Shown: one piece after another, positions 38,273-46,803 of the stretch
Position numbering within the stretch: the first letter of the stretch is position 1
Layout: every line of letters begins with the position of its first letter
IMG/VR virus record: IMGVR_UViG_3300038417_000475
Location: 21,152 to 85,151 of that record
Length of the DNA: 64,000 nt
DNA from: a virus
Direction: 5' to 3' (one strand)
Position numbers and translations under genes: made by a program
The notes under the pieces: model-generated
The model's database searches: none
Seen by the model: only the letters and a program-made list of their open reading frames with translations
What the model was told of the DNA's origin: nothing

Positions 38273-38993
38273 CCTTCAGTTCCTCCTCCCAAATAACGAG
38301 GCATTTGATTCCAAGAGCATTATAAGCCATGATTCTACCGAGCTCTGTTCGTCTCCACTTTGGATTGTTCCCTTCGTGCCAATAGCGTCCGAAGGCTTCA
38401 ATCACCATTTTGCGGCCATTTTTATTGAAGAAATCAGGGATCATCCCATCAATAATAACCTTGCCATCACCAGTGTATTCCCATTCGCCTGGATAGTCCC
38501 TCTCCAGCAGTACCTCCAGGTTCTTCTCCAGCTTCGTTGGCTTAATCAATGCCCTATTTGATTCAGCCCTTAATTGTCGATATGCCCTAGAACTTGTCCA
38601 GCACTTCGAGGAACAATATTCACCTGTCCCCTTAGTAGTCATAGCTGACCTTGGAACTCTGAAATCCCTCCCACAATTCAGGCAAATGCGGGCTACCCTC
38701 CTATTTCTATGATCTGAGCATTTCCGGGAGCAGAATTTCCGGGTACGCCGCAACCCCGGTTCCTTCACTGGGAGGGTTTTGCCACATTTAGCACAAGAGA
38801 TGATTCTGGGTTCTTTCTTAACCCAATTCTTGCTGAAATTCTTCACAATGGTCTGATAATCTTGAGGAAGAGAGCCAAACCAAACTAGGCGGCAGGGATT
38901 CGAACAAAAGTTGTGCTCACGTACTAGCCAGGAAGCTTTCTGAAATTGCTTGCCACACGTAGTGCAGGTTACCTCACGCATTACAGTTGTCAT
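38196..38993 (-). CDS. Zn-finger + PD-(D/E)xK (Vsr/DUF559-like) endonuclease
   Basis: three CxxC..F/YCS..C repeats; 'IPDF..VIEAFGRYWH'. Confidence 0.8.
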   Translation of the reverse strand: MTTVMREVTCTTCGKQFQKASWLVREHNFCSNPCRLVWFGSLPQDYQTIVKNFSKNWVKKEPRIISCAKCGKTLPVKEPGLRRTRKFCSRKCSDHRNRRVARICLNCGRDFRVPRSAMTTKGTGEYCSSKCWTSSRAYRQLRAESNRALIKPTKLEKNLEVLLERDYPGEWEYTGDGKVIIDGMIPDFFNKNGRKMVIEAFGRYWHEGNNPKWRRTELGRIMAYNALGIKCLVIWEEELKDEPKVTAKIRTFVTTKSKNPHSHIK

Positions 38994-39640
38994 ATTAGCT
39001 TACATAGTGCCATTACCAAAGCACTCGCAAGGGGTATGGAGAAATTATCATCGATATATCTTGTAGTTTTCGTGAATCTTTCTGCAAGCACAGCAGTAAT
39101 GGCCCCGACAGCGCCAATCCAGTAGGGTTGGATGAAGTATGCGAGCAAGAGACAGGTTACCACCATACCCACGCTGCCCCACAATCCTTTGACTTCTCTC
39201 CCATAGACACGGCTACGGATGAGCCCCGTTATCGCATCCCCTCCCCCCATGAACGTCAGAGGAACTATTGCCAACCAGGGTTCGTGGTATATCCCCCAGA
39301 GAACGCCGATGAGAACAGCTCCGGTGGCTGGGAAATGTATTTCGGCTAGAGCATCTAATCTCCCGGAGCCACCCACACCACGGAAAAGACCAGGGCGGAA
39401 AACCCTGGCATAAAGTAACAGGATTGTGAATCCGGCTGTCAGAATAAATGGCCACCAGAAATTATGGAACAGGAAAGGCATCAGAAGAAATCCAAGACAA
39501 CCCCCCAGGTGACCTATTTTCCTGCTGATATACTGCGGCACTTTATAGTCATAGAAGAGATTGGCCAGATACAAGGACGTGAGAACTCCGAGGAGTATCA
39601 GGGCAACGTATGGCAATTCGTGTACGTAGCTCATTCTCAT
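38990..39640 (-). CDS. CTP-dependent polyprenol (phytol/dolichol) kinase-like membrane protein
   Basis: 'SRKIGH', 'GGGDAITGLI..KGLWGS', 'IDDNFSIP'. Confidence 0.85.
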   Translation of the reverse strand: MRMSYVHELPYVALILLGVLTSLYLANLFYDYKVPQYISRKIGHLGGCLGFLLMPFLFHNFWWPFILTAGFTILLLYARVFRPGLFRGVGGSGRLDALAEIHFPATGAVLIGVLWGIYHEPWLAIVPLTFMGGGDAITGLIRSRVYGREVKGLWGSVGMVVTCLLLAYFIQPYWIGAVGAITAVLAERFTKTTRYIDDNFSIPLASALVMALCKLI

Positions 39641-40035
39641 CTCCCTAAATGCAGCATCTTTTTGATTTCCTTGAGCCAGTCTTCTATAGCCTGCATCAGC
39701 TCTTCGGTATCGTAGAGTTCCTCCGTACCGCTGACCATGATAAGCCGGTGCGCCTTTGCCGCCCTCGGGGTTATCACACCGTCAACAAGGTCGAAGAACG
39801 TATCTTCGTGCATCAGGATCTTGTTCCGCACTTCACACGGTTCTTCGAGAAGGTGCAGCTTTCCCTCGTAGTATTTGAGGTAGAAAAGGCCTCCTTCTTC
39901 CCCCAGTACTTTGAGTTCAGCGGCCCGCCCCTCCGCGGACTTCAGCTTTTCTTTGATCTCTGCCGGCAGCCGCTGCATCAGGGAAGCCTGCCGTTTTTCC
40001 GCTCGCGCGAGTAGATCTGCAACAAGGCCAGCCAT
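39637..40035 (-). CDS. SCP2 lipid-carrier-like protein
   Basis: 'ILMHEDTFFDLVDG.ITP.AA...LIMVSG'. Confidence 0.7.
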   Translation of the reverse strand: MAGLVADLLARAEKRQASLMQRLPAEIKEKLKSAEGRAAELKVLGEEGGLFYLKYYEGKLHLLEEPCEVRNKILMHEDTFFDLVDGVITPRAAKAHRLIMVSGTEELYDTEELMQAIEDWLKEIKKMLHLGR

Positions 40036-40045
40036 ATACCCTCCT

Positions 40046-41041
40046 TTAAGTGAGTTTGGCTATAACTCTCCCGCCCATTTTAGTTATTCCCCTCTTGACC
40101 CTCTGCCCCCTTGATTCTCTCCGGAGTGTAACCGGCTTGGCTGTCAAAATATCCTGCGCCAGTTTTGTAAAATACGGTTTCAATGCGTTCATGTCCGGGG
40201 TCTGGGGAATGGACATCAGAAACGGGATCCCGCAATCCCTGGCCTCTTTTCCCATAGCTAGCTTGGGGGAAAGCAGCTGGTGGCTCACCCTCCCGCAGCT
40301 CGGGCACAAATAGCCGTCCATCATCGAGAGAAGACCGATTATGGGCACTTCCTCGAGCCTCAAAAAGTCGACGGTTCTCCTCATGCCGAGTGCCGAGATT
40401 TCTGACGGTTGGGAGACTATAATCACACCTAGCAGTCCACTTAGGTGCTCAAAAAACGAGAAAACTTCGGATGCAGTTGATGGCGGCATATCCGCCAGAA
40501 GAATCTCCGTGTCATCGGGCCACTGCACCTGTTCCGATAAGAGTTGACGGATGATTGAAGCCCTGTTGGAAACATACGTTTGTTTCAGGTACCAGGCCTG
40601 ATGGTTATACACATCGGCTTCCTGAACGATCTCGAAGGAAGAATGTACGTCGGGATTCTTCTCGAGAAACTCTTTGCATTTCTGTACGATGTCCTGATTG
40701 GCCTTCAGCCAGTTCTGCACCTTCTCCATCACTTCATCGGGGATCTCAACGGTGCCCGTCTCACCCTTCCACATGACGGAATTAGCTTCGCCAAAATGAG
40801 CACAAATCGAGAACAGATAATATCCGTTGATTTCCGGAGGAATGAGCTTGCGTTGTTCCGTTGATGTTTTGATGCGTGGGGGTTCCGAGAGCCCCAACGC
40901 CTTGTGAAGTGTACTGCCGCTCAGGTCGATATCCAGAAATCCGACCCTGTGCCCCATATCGCGTAATGCCAGCCCCAGAAGTGCCGTAACGGTGCTTTTC
41001 CCGACCCCGCCCTTCTGGCTCCAGACCGCGATTTTTTTCAC
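40046..41041 (-). CDS. Mrp/NBP35 (ApbC-like) ATPase
   Basis: SQKGGVGKS, LDIDLSG, DMPP, 'GYLCPSCG'; leaderless GTG 41041. Confidence 0.85.
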   Translation of the reverse strand: MKKIAVWSQKGGVGKSTVTALLGLALRDMGHRVGFLDIDLSGSTLHKALGLSEPPRIKTSTEQRKLIPPEINGYYLFSICAHFGEANSVMWKGETGTVEIPDEVMEKVQNWLKANQDIVQKCKEFLEKNPDVHSSFEIVQEADVYNHQAWYLKQTYVSNRASIIRQLLSEQVQWPDDTEILLADMPPSTASEVFSFFEHLSGLLGVIIVSQPSEISALGMRRTVDFLRLEEVPIIGLLSMMDGYLCPSCGRVSHQLLSPKLAMGKEARDCGIPFLMSIPQTPDMNALKPYFTKLAQDILTAKPVTLRRESRGQRVKRGITKMGGRVIAKLT

Positions 41042-41048
41042 GTTCTTG

Positions 41049-41137
41049 ATTATATGCGCACGTTTCTTACGTTGTAAATGCCCCAAACGCGCACTGCCTC
41101 GCGCTCTATTTACAACGCAATGCGCACGTTTTATAAT
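41049..41137. promoter_or_regulatory. divergent pair of leaderless promoters
   Basis: TTTACA-acg..-TATAAT on both strands (41049-41078 minus; 41109-41137 plus), each 7 nt from a start codon; TGCGCACGTTT in both. Confidence 0.8.
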
Positions 41138-41144
41138 CCGATTT

Positions 41145-41390
41145 ATGACAATAGAAAACACTACTGAAACCCAGCCTGAAACCCCGGCAGCAGATGTCCC
41201 ATCGGAAGTCTATCGTTTGACTGTGGAAATGCCCGAAAAGTACCGTAAAATTCTGAAGACTGCGGCGCAGCAGGCATTTCTCCTGAAGAAGATAGATGAG
41301 CCCTCGGTACACAACGTAATGAACCTCTTCATTAACCTGGGGCTTCAGTATCTGGTGGACGAAGGCCGCAGAGCACAAGGCTACAGATGA
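41145..41390 (+). CDS. small putative DNA-binding (RHH-like) protein
   Basis: 'YRLTVEMPEKYRKILK'. Confidence 0.55.
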   Translation: MTIENTTETQPETPAADVPSEVYRLTVEMPEKYRKILKTAAQQAFLLKKIDEPSVHNVMNLFINLGLQYLVDEGRRAQGYR

Positions 41391-41650
41391 CCCACGAGCG
41401 TCTGGAAACGCTGCGTTACATTGGGCAATGGCGGGTAGTCACCGCAGATGGCGTCGCCTCCGCCCTGGGCATATCATATAACACAGCAGTCAGACGGCTG
41501 GAACGTATGAGGGATATGGGGCTGGTCAGATCGGACACCAACTTCGTCATGCAAAAGGAATTCGGCCCGGTGCATTTGGACTGGAGCCTCACCAGAAACG
41601 GAAGAAAGAGGCTCGAATATTTTGAACAACATCTTCGGGAGGTGGCATAA
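41387..41650 (+). CDS. winged-HTH protein
   Basis: 'TADGVASALGISYNTAVRRLERMRDMGLV..LTRNG'. Confidence 0.8.
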   Translation: MTHERLETLRYIGQWRVVTADGVASALGISYNTAVRRLERMRDMGLVRSDTNFVMQKEFGPVHLDWSLTRNGRKRLEYFEQHLREVA

Positions 41651-43059
41651 TGGCCAACAAAAAAACAAGGAAAACAGCACATCGCAAATCCCAACGGAAA
41701 CCAGCTGCAACTGCCGGCGTCGACCTCGCAAATCCAACGGAAATAGAGACCGGCGGCAGTGAACATCCCCCGCTGCCGGGGAGACGCCCAAGTCTGGAGA
41801 TGGATTCAGGCTTGGACGGTGGGAGCGAGCCGCCACCTACCGAGACCGAGAAGCCCATGCCCAACGAGACCACTGCCTTTGAGAACCTGTTGCGCGACAT
41901 GGGGGTTTCTGACGAGTTTATCAAGCCCATAACGGTGTACTGCTCCCAGGAAAATCTCAAGGACCTGCCCAGGCTGTACGAGAATCTCTGGGATATGGGC
42001 ATCTCGAATGTTCACCTGCGCCGGCGCATCATCAACTTCTGGGCCAGGTCAATCGGAATCAAGGTCCCCAAAGAGCTGACTCAACAGTTTATAGTGCATG
42101 ATCAAAGTGCGCCGGAGGCTACTGTACGCAACAGCTCCGGAGGCCTGAGATGGATAGTTGAGGATGACGGTGCAGGCAATCCCAAGCTGCGCCCCAGCAG
42201 GCAAAACGAGGCAGGGATGACCCTCGCGGAGGCCAAGGCTGCCATCAGGGAAATGCGTGATCAGGGCGGCCAGGGCGCTGAGCCTATCGTGGAATTCAAT
42301 GCTGAGACACAACAGTACACACCCAATCCCAAGTCAGCCTGGGTTAAAGCTAATCCGGCAGCAGCCTGGGCAACTGCCCATGACTTCACTCGCCACATGC
42401 AGGAAGGGAATCCAGCGGACCCTGTTGATATTATGGCAGAACAGCTTAGTAGAGTGGAAACTATCAAACAGTCCCTCGGTCTCAAACCGGACGCAAAAAC
42501 TGGCACAGATGATGTCTTTGATGCCATCGCCAAGGTGGACGAAATCGCCAGGAATCGCAACCAGGGGGGAGGGCAGCCGGCATGGATGGCAGACCCTGTA
42601 ACCTTCGTGAATACAATCAGGAACATGAATCCGCAGCCAACGGGGCCGGATCCAGTGATAATGGCACAGATGGCTGAAATGAAGGAAGATGTCAAGGCGG
42701 CCAGGGCTGAGAACCAGGCCTTGAAAGACCAGATACAGAATGACAGAATGGAGGCCCTCAGGCAGCAGAACCAGGCTATCCTGACACAGCTTCAAGAAGT
42801 GCGAACGGAACTCGCCAGGCCCCGGGACGGAGTGACTGCCCTGGGCGTCATAGATAAAATGGGCGGGAAAGGCATAGAGGAGCTGTCCGGGTTGAGAAAG
42901 GATATCAAGAATCTCGCTGAGACGGCCATTACCAGCGGGGGCCCGACTCAGGATGCTCCTACCAGGGCGGCCCGGGTCGCCGGCATGAAAGAAGCCCTGG
43001 CTACTGCCGACCGTCTGGGACAACTGACAGATGATCTCGAACTTGCGCTGAAGGGGTGA
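41650..43059 (+). CDS. large coiled-coil hypothetical protein
   Basis: 469 aa, C-terminal heptads. Confidence 0.75.
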   Translation: MANKKTRKTAHRKSQRKPAATAGVDLANPTEIETGGSEHPPLPGRRPSLEMDSGLDGGSEPPPTETEKPMPNETTAFENLLRDMGVSDEFIKPITVYCSQENLKDLPRLYENLWDMGISNVHLRRRIINFWARSIGIKVPKELTQQFIVHDQSAPEATVRNSSGGLRWIVEDDGAGNPKLRPSRQNEAGMTLAEAKAAIREMRDQGGQGAEPIVEFNAETQQYTPNPKSAWVKANPAAAWATAHDFTRHMQEGNPADPVDIMAEQLSRVETIKQSLGLKPDAKTGTDDVFDAIAKVDEIARNRNQGGGQPAWMADPVTFVNTIRNMNPQPTGPDPVIMAQMAEMKEDVKAARAENQALKDQIQNDRMEALRQQNQAILTQLQEVRTELARPRDGVTALGVIDKMGGKGIEELSGLRKDIKNLAETAITSGGPTQDAPTRAARVAGMKEALATADRLGQLTDDLELALKG

Positions 43060-43063
43060 TTAA

Positions 43064-43621
43064 ATGGAATTTCCTAGTCCGCCAAGAATAACACCGCCTG
43101 CCGTACCGGAACTTGGTAAGATCCTCAACAAGCCTCTTGAGGTTCTCGGTGCTGCCGTCTCGAGGATGGAGACGGACCTGACTCAGATAGCCACAGATCT
43201 TGAATCGATCGGCCAGCCTCTTATTAACCGTCAAGTGCCGACACCTGCGGCTCCCGCGACTCCGGAGAAAGGCACCGCATGCCTCCAGTGCACAGAGGAC
43301 CATCTCTCCACCATCGTCGGGGCTTTGAATGAGGCCATGCGTTTCGCCCGCGAGAGCGGTACGAAGAACCCGGAGGTGCAGAAACGCCTGGCGATCGCCA
43401 CAGACGAGCTGAACATTTGTGAAAGGATAGACCTGGCGCCCGATAAGACCGCTGCCCTGGGCCCGGAGGAGAAAGAGCTGGCCACCTGGGTATTGCCTCT
43501 CCTGCGGGACCTCCGGCATCATATCAAGGGGATCAAAGAGGTCGATGATCTGGAACAGGTCGCAGCGGGGGCCATCCAGGTGAGGACGGAATACTCTCAG
43601 CGATACAGCGTATTCAAGTGA
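43064..43621 (+). CDS. hypothetical protein (CxxC..H)
   Basis: 'GTACLQCTEDHLST'. Confidence 0.7.
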   Translation: MEFPSPPRITPPAVPELGKILNKPLEVLGAAVSRMETDLTQIATDLESIGQPLINRQVPTPAAPATPEKGTACLQCTEDHLSTIVGALNEAMRFARESGTKNPEVQKRLAIATDELNICERIDLAPDKTAALGPEEKELATWVLPLLRDLRHHIKGIKEVDDLEQVAAGAIQVRTEYSQRYSVFK

Positions 43622-43649
43622 CACCAATGCCCATGTGTGGCTAAGGTTT

Positions 43650-43684
43650 GAGAAGGCCTGGCGGGGCGGCTGCCGGGCCTTCTC
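43650..43684. terminator. GC-rich hairpin between convergent genes
   Basis: GAGAAGGCCTGGCGG / CTGCCGGGCCTTCTC. Confidence 0.6.
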
Positions 43685-43687
43685 CAA

Positions 43688-44122
43688 TTATATTAACGTA
43701 TCGTAGAGCGCCCGACATGCTTTCCCCTCACGGCAGAGGTCGCAGTTGTTCTTTTCCTCGCATGCTTTGATCCAGCGTTCCGCCAGAATACGGGAAGAGT
43801 GCGCCTTTTTAGCCTTAGTCTGCCGAGCAGCTGTGCCTCGTGGACCCGGAGCAGGCTCCGCGATAGCCTTTTGACTTTCCTGACGGCTCTGCAACCACTT
43901 GAAGACGTCAGGTTTGACTGAAATGGTTGTAACCTCGTCAGTCTTTAGAAGTTTGGCCATCAGCTCTGCCCTGTTGTTTACGTTATATTTCTTCATGGTT
44001 CTGCAGAAGTAAGCCCTGACAGTATTGGGGGTTAGATTCATTGCTACAGCTATGCTGTTTGTGTCCGTTGTGCCGGACATGAAAAGCTCCAGCATTTGCT
44101 GCAACCGTCCGCTTACGCTCAT
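43688..44122 (-). CDS. LuxR-type HTH regulator
   Basis: 'IAVAMNLTPNTVRAYF..KYNVNNRAEL'. Confidence 0.75.
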   Translation of the reverse strand: MSVSGRLQQMLELFMSGTTDTNSIAVAMNLTPNTVRAYFCRTMKKYNVNNRAELMAKLLKTDEVTTISVKPDVFKWLQSRQESQKAIAEPAPGPRGTAARQTKAKKAHSSRILAERWIKACEEKNNCDLCREGKACRALYDTLI

Positions 44123-44643
44123 TGCAGTACAGGCACGCTCCCTGGCCGGCCAACCACGAGCTTCTCTTTCTCATCGAGTCCCTTCTTGGCCCGCTGCTTC
44201 TGGATGATCTTCAAGTGCTCACAGGTCAGAGTCCCGTTTCTGACAAGGGCTTTCGGGAGCTGCGGGCAGACCTGGCAGTTCTGAGAGTAGAAGTCGGTGT
44301 TCCTATATACCGCATCCTTGAAAAGGCACTTTATCCCCAGCACTCCTTCGACCTCCTTAGACCACTGATCAAGAGTCATGCAGATGATCCAGGTACCACG
44401 TTTGGCCTTATAAATCACATAATGCTTGGAATCCGGAGCTGCCTCCTGCAGGAGGCCCAGGTTGTCGGCGATAACCGTCCCACCTATCGTGCAGTTCTTG
44501 GTCTGGCAGACCGCCCCGGGCCAGGCGTCGTCGACAATACCTTTCGATGAACCAACCGTCTGCCAGGTCCTCTTGGCGCCGGGGATAAGGCGGACTATCT
44601 CTCGCTCGCCCCTCTTCCCCTTTTCTCTGCTATAGAGACCCAT
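44119..44643 (-). CDS. Holliday-junction resolvase-like nuclease
   Basis: 'SREKGKRGEREI', 'QTK', 'WIICMTLDQW'. Confidence 0.65.
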   Translation of the reverse strand: MGLYSREKGKRGEREIVRLIPGAKRTWQTVGSSKGIVDDAWPGAVCQTKNCTIGGTVIADNLGLLQEAAPDSKHYVIYKAKRGTWIICMTLDQWSKEVEGVLGIKCLFKDAVYRNTDFYSQNCQVCPQLPKALVRNGTLTCEHLKIIQKQRAKKGLDEKEKLVVGRPGSVPVLQ

Positions 44644-45130
44644 CAGACCTTGCCTTCTGACGTCGTGCTCTGTCTCTAATTCTACCGCAGGCACGGCATT
44701 GCCTTCGACTGCCGTACACACCAACCCCTATGTATGTATTCTCTGCATCGAAAGGATGACCTCTCAGGCAAGCCGCCTTTTGGGAGTTCAAAGCACTCAT
44801 ACCAACGCCACGAAGAATGTTGACTTTGTTTGTGACAGGTTCCAGATGCCCTGGATTCACGCATAAGGTGTTTGTGCAACCCCTTGCCTTTACATGGTCT
44901 AGGGTAAGACCTTCGGGGATAGGTCCAACTAGAAGCTCATAAGAAAAGCGATGGGCCAAGACTGTCTTGTGGTGATTAGCCGGGCCAATTCCAAATCGCC
45001 CATATCTCAAACCATGAACCGTAATTGTAGCTCCCTGCCACAGCCAGCAGGCATCCGGGTCAGTATGAGGCCCGACCTTCTCCCAAAACCGCTGCTCAGG
45101 AGTTTTCATCACCCATCGAGGCATTCTCAC
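44630..45130 (-). CDS. HNH endonuclease
   Basis: 'RFWEKV..CWLW..AHRFSY..LDH..CVNPGHLE..C.RGH'. Confidence 0.9.
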   Translation of the reverse strand: MRMPRWVMKTPEQRFWEKVGPHTDPDACWLWQGATITVHGLRYGRFGIGPANHHKTVLAHRFSYELLVGPIPEGLTLDHVKARGCTNTLCVNPGHLEPVTNKVNILRGVGMSALNSQKAACLRGHPFDAENTYIGVGVYGSRRQCRACGRIRDRARRQKARSDGSL

Positions 45131-45156
45131 CTACGCTCCTTGATTTTGGATCTGGC

Positions 45157-45447
45157 TCATTCTCTCTGATATCTCATCCAGGTCGGTAGATACGGCCTGG
45201 GCTCTACGCGGGAGAACTCCTTCCTGCCTCTCAATTTCAGCTCTTCTCCTTCAGGAACACCTGTCGGGCAAAACCAGTCGACCCTGCCCTCAACTGGTCG
45301 GGTGCCCTTGACCCACATCCGGTACCAGGCCTCCATCAGCTCCCAGAACTGGAAGTGCCCTTCCGCCATGAGCTGCTGATAGGTGAACAGCCCCTGATGG
45401 CTGAGTTTGCGGGCCAGGAAATTTTCCGCCTGGTCAAGCCTGCTCAA
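45157..45447 (-). CDS. hypothetical protein
   Basis: TTGA-coupled. Confidence 0.5.
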   Translation of the reverse strand: MSRLDQAENFLARKLSHQGLFTYQQLMAEGHFQFWELMEAWYRMWVKGTRPVEGRVDWFCPTGVPEGEELKLRGRKEFSRVEPRPYLPTWMRYQRE

Positions 45448-45818
45448 AATGGTGGCTCGTCCTCTCCGGCCTGGGCTTTAACGACCCCGACAACCACTCC
45501 GCCGTTCTTCTCCGCCAGCTCGATCAGCGCCCTGGTTCTCTCGTCGATCTTGGTCACCACCAGGAGGTCTTCGCCTTCCTGCGCAATCAAGACCGCCGAC
45601 TGGTCCAGGATCTGCCTGGCGGCAGTAAGCCGGCGGTGGCAGTTCTCCAGATAGTTGCAGACAATCTGCTGGTTCCGCTTCTTCTCCGGATCTTTCTCTG
45701 ACTCCGTGGAGAATTTGGCCTTCCCCACCCTGTTGCCGTAGCCGAACTCGGATGCCTTGACGGTGGCAGCCAGGGTCCTCATCTCCTCTTCGATCTGCTT
45801 CAGATATTGCTCGAACAT
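45444..45818 (-). CDS. hypothetical protein
   Basis: SD GGAGG, C-terminal 'DEPPF'. Confidence 0.6.
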   Translation of the reverse strand: MFEQYLKQIEEEMRTLAATVKASEFGYGNRVGKAKFSTESEKDPEKKRNQQIVCNYLENCHRRLTAARQILDQSAVLIAQEGEDLLVVTKIDERTRALIELAEKNGGVVVGVVKAQAGEDEPPF

Positions 45819-46151
45819 CGGGCCTCCTATTCTGGCACTGTTATCAGAAACCACCGGGTAGACTGCTTGTGGCAGCAGTCGCAGTAAGGGTAGAGTATGG
45901 GCGTCTTCTCATCACTCACCGGCTCAACCTTTCGATTCACAAAATGACCTAAGATACCAAACAACCCGGGGTCACACTCCGGACACACCCTGAAGAGAAT
46001 CCGGGGAAATGACTTCTTCTTAGCTACCATCGCTATATACCGCTACTTATCGCTTACTTTCCGCTACATGCAAGTGGGGCAATAAGACTACTACCTCGGC
46101 GCAGCACGTCGCTGAGATGCGGACCCTTAGTGCTGTTCCTGGTCAGATCCA

Positions 46152-46343
46152 TCATCCTATTGCCCCACTTTGGCATGCCCTGAGGTGCCTGTAGAAGTTA
46201 GCCGCCCCTGTTATCTTTCGGCTGTATGTCCTGCGTTCAGCAAATCCCCCTTTTCGAGTATAGAAACAGGGGAACTTTCTCCCGCAAGGGCAGATATAGT
46301 CTCCTGAAACGATATCCACCTTGAACTTGATGTCAGCTACCAT
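46152..46343 (-). CDS. small Zn-finger protein
   Basis: CPCG..H..C. Confidence 0.45.
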   Translation of the reverse strand: MVADIKFKVDIVSGDYICPCGRKFPCFYTRKGGFAERRTYSRKITGAANFYRHLRACQSGAIG

Positions 46344-46359
46344 CCAATCACGCTCAAGG

Positions 46360-46803
46360 CTAAAACAACTCCTTCTGTACTACCTGTTCTTGCCACCAGT
46401 TGTAGAAATCCAAAGGGTCGTTATGAAACCGGCGCCGCATCTCATTGATATAGGCCACCCGTCTCTCGGGTGAAAAACTGGCAGCCTTATGCAACACCTC
46501 GCTGCTGATTATCCTCAATCCCTCCCGGTACAGTATCGGCCAGCCGGTGTTATCGTGCAGAATCCTGTCACGGTAGCAAGCCAGGCAAACGCCCCCCTTC
46601 GCCGCTTTATCACAGGAAGAGTAAAGCTCCAGGACACATGCTCGAGGATTAGCCAGCAGTATTTCACCCTCTGCCTGGCCCAGCTCTGCCCAGAGCTTCG
46701 CATCTTTCGCCAGCAACTTCTCCCGGAGATCTCCCGCCATCGGCTTGGAAAGGAGTTCAGCGGCCTTGAAAATCTTCTGGTGCAGCTCTATTACTTTGCT
46801 CAA
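46360..46803 (-). CDS. hypothetical protein
   Basis: coupled to helicase. Confidence 0.55.
   Translation of the reverse strand: MSKVIELHQKIFKAAELLSKPMAGDLREKLLAKDAKLWAELGQAEGEILLANPRACVLELYSSCDKAAKGGVCLACYRDRILHDNTGWPILYREGLRIISSEVLHKAASFSPERRVAYINEMRRRFHNDPLDFYNWWQEQVVQKELF

Noticed and set aside
38640-38667. Partial gapped match of array unit 3 to the endonuclease gene (15 of 18 positions, minus strand)
   Set aside because: Flanking dinucleotides mismatch; a rough estimate says such a partial hit is expected by chance over all units and positions.
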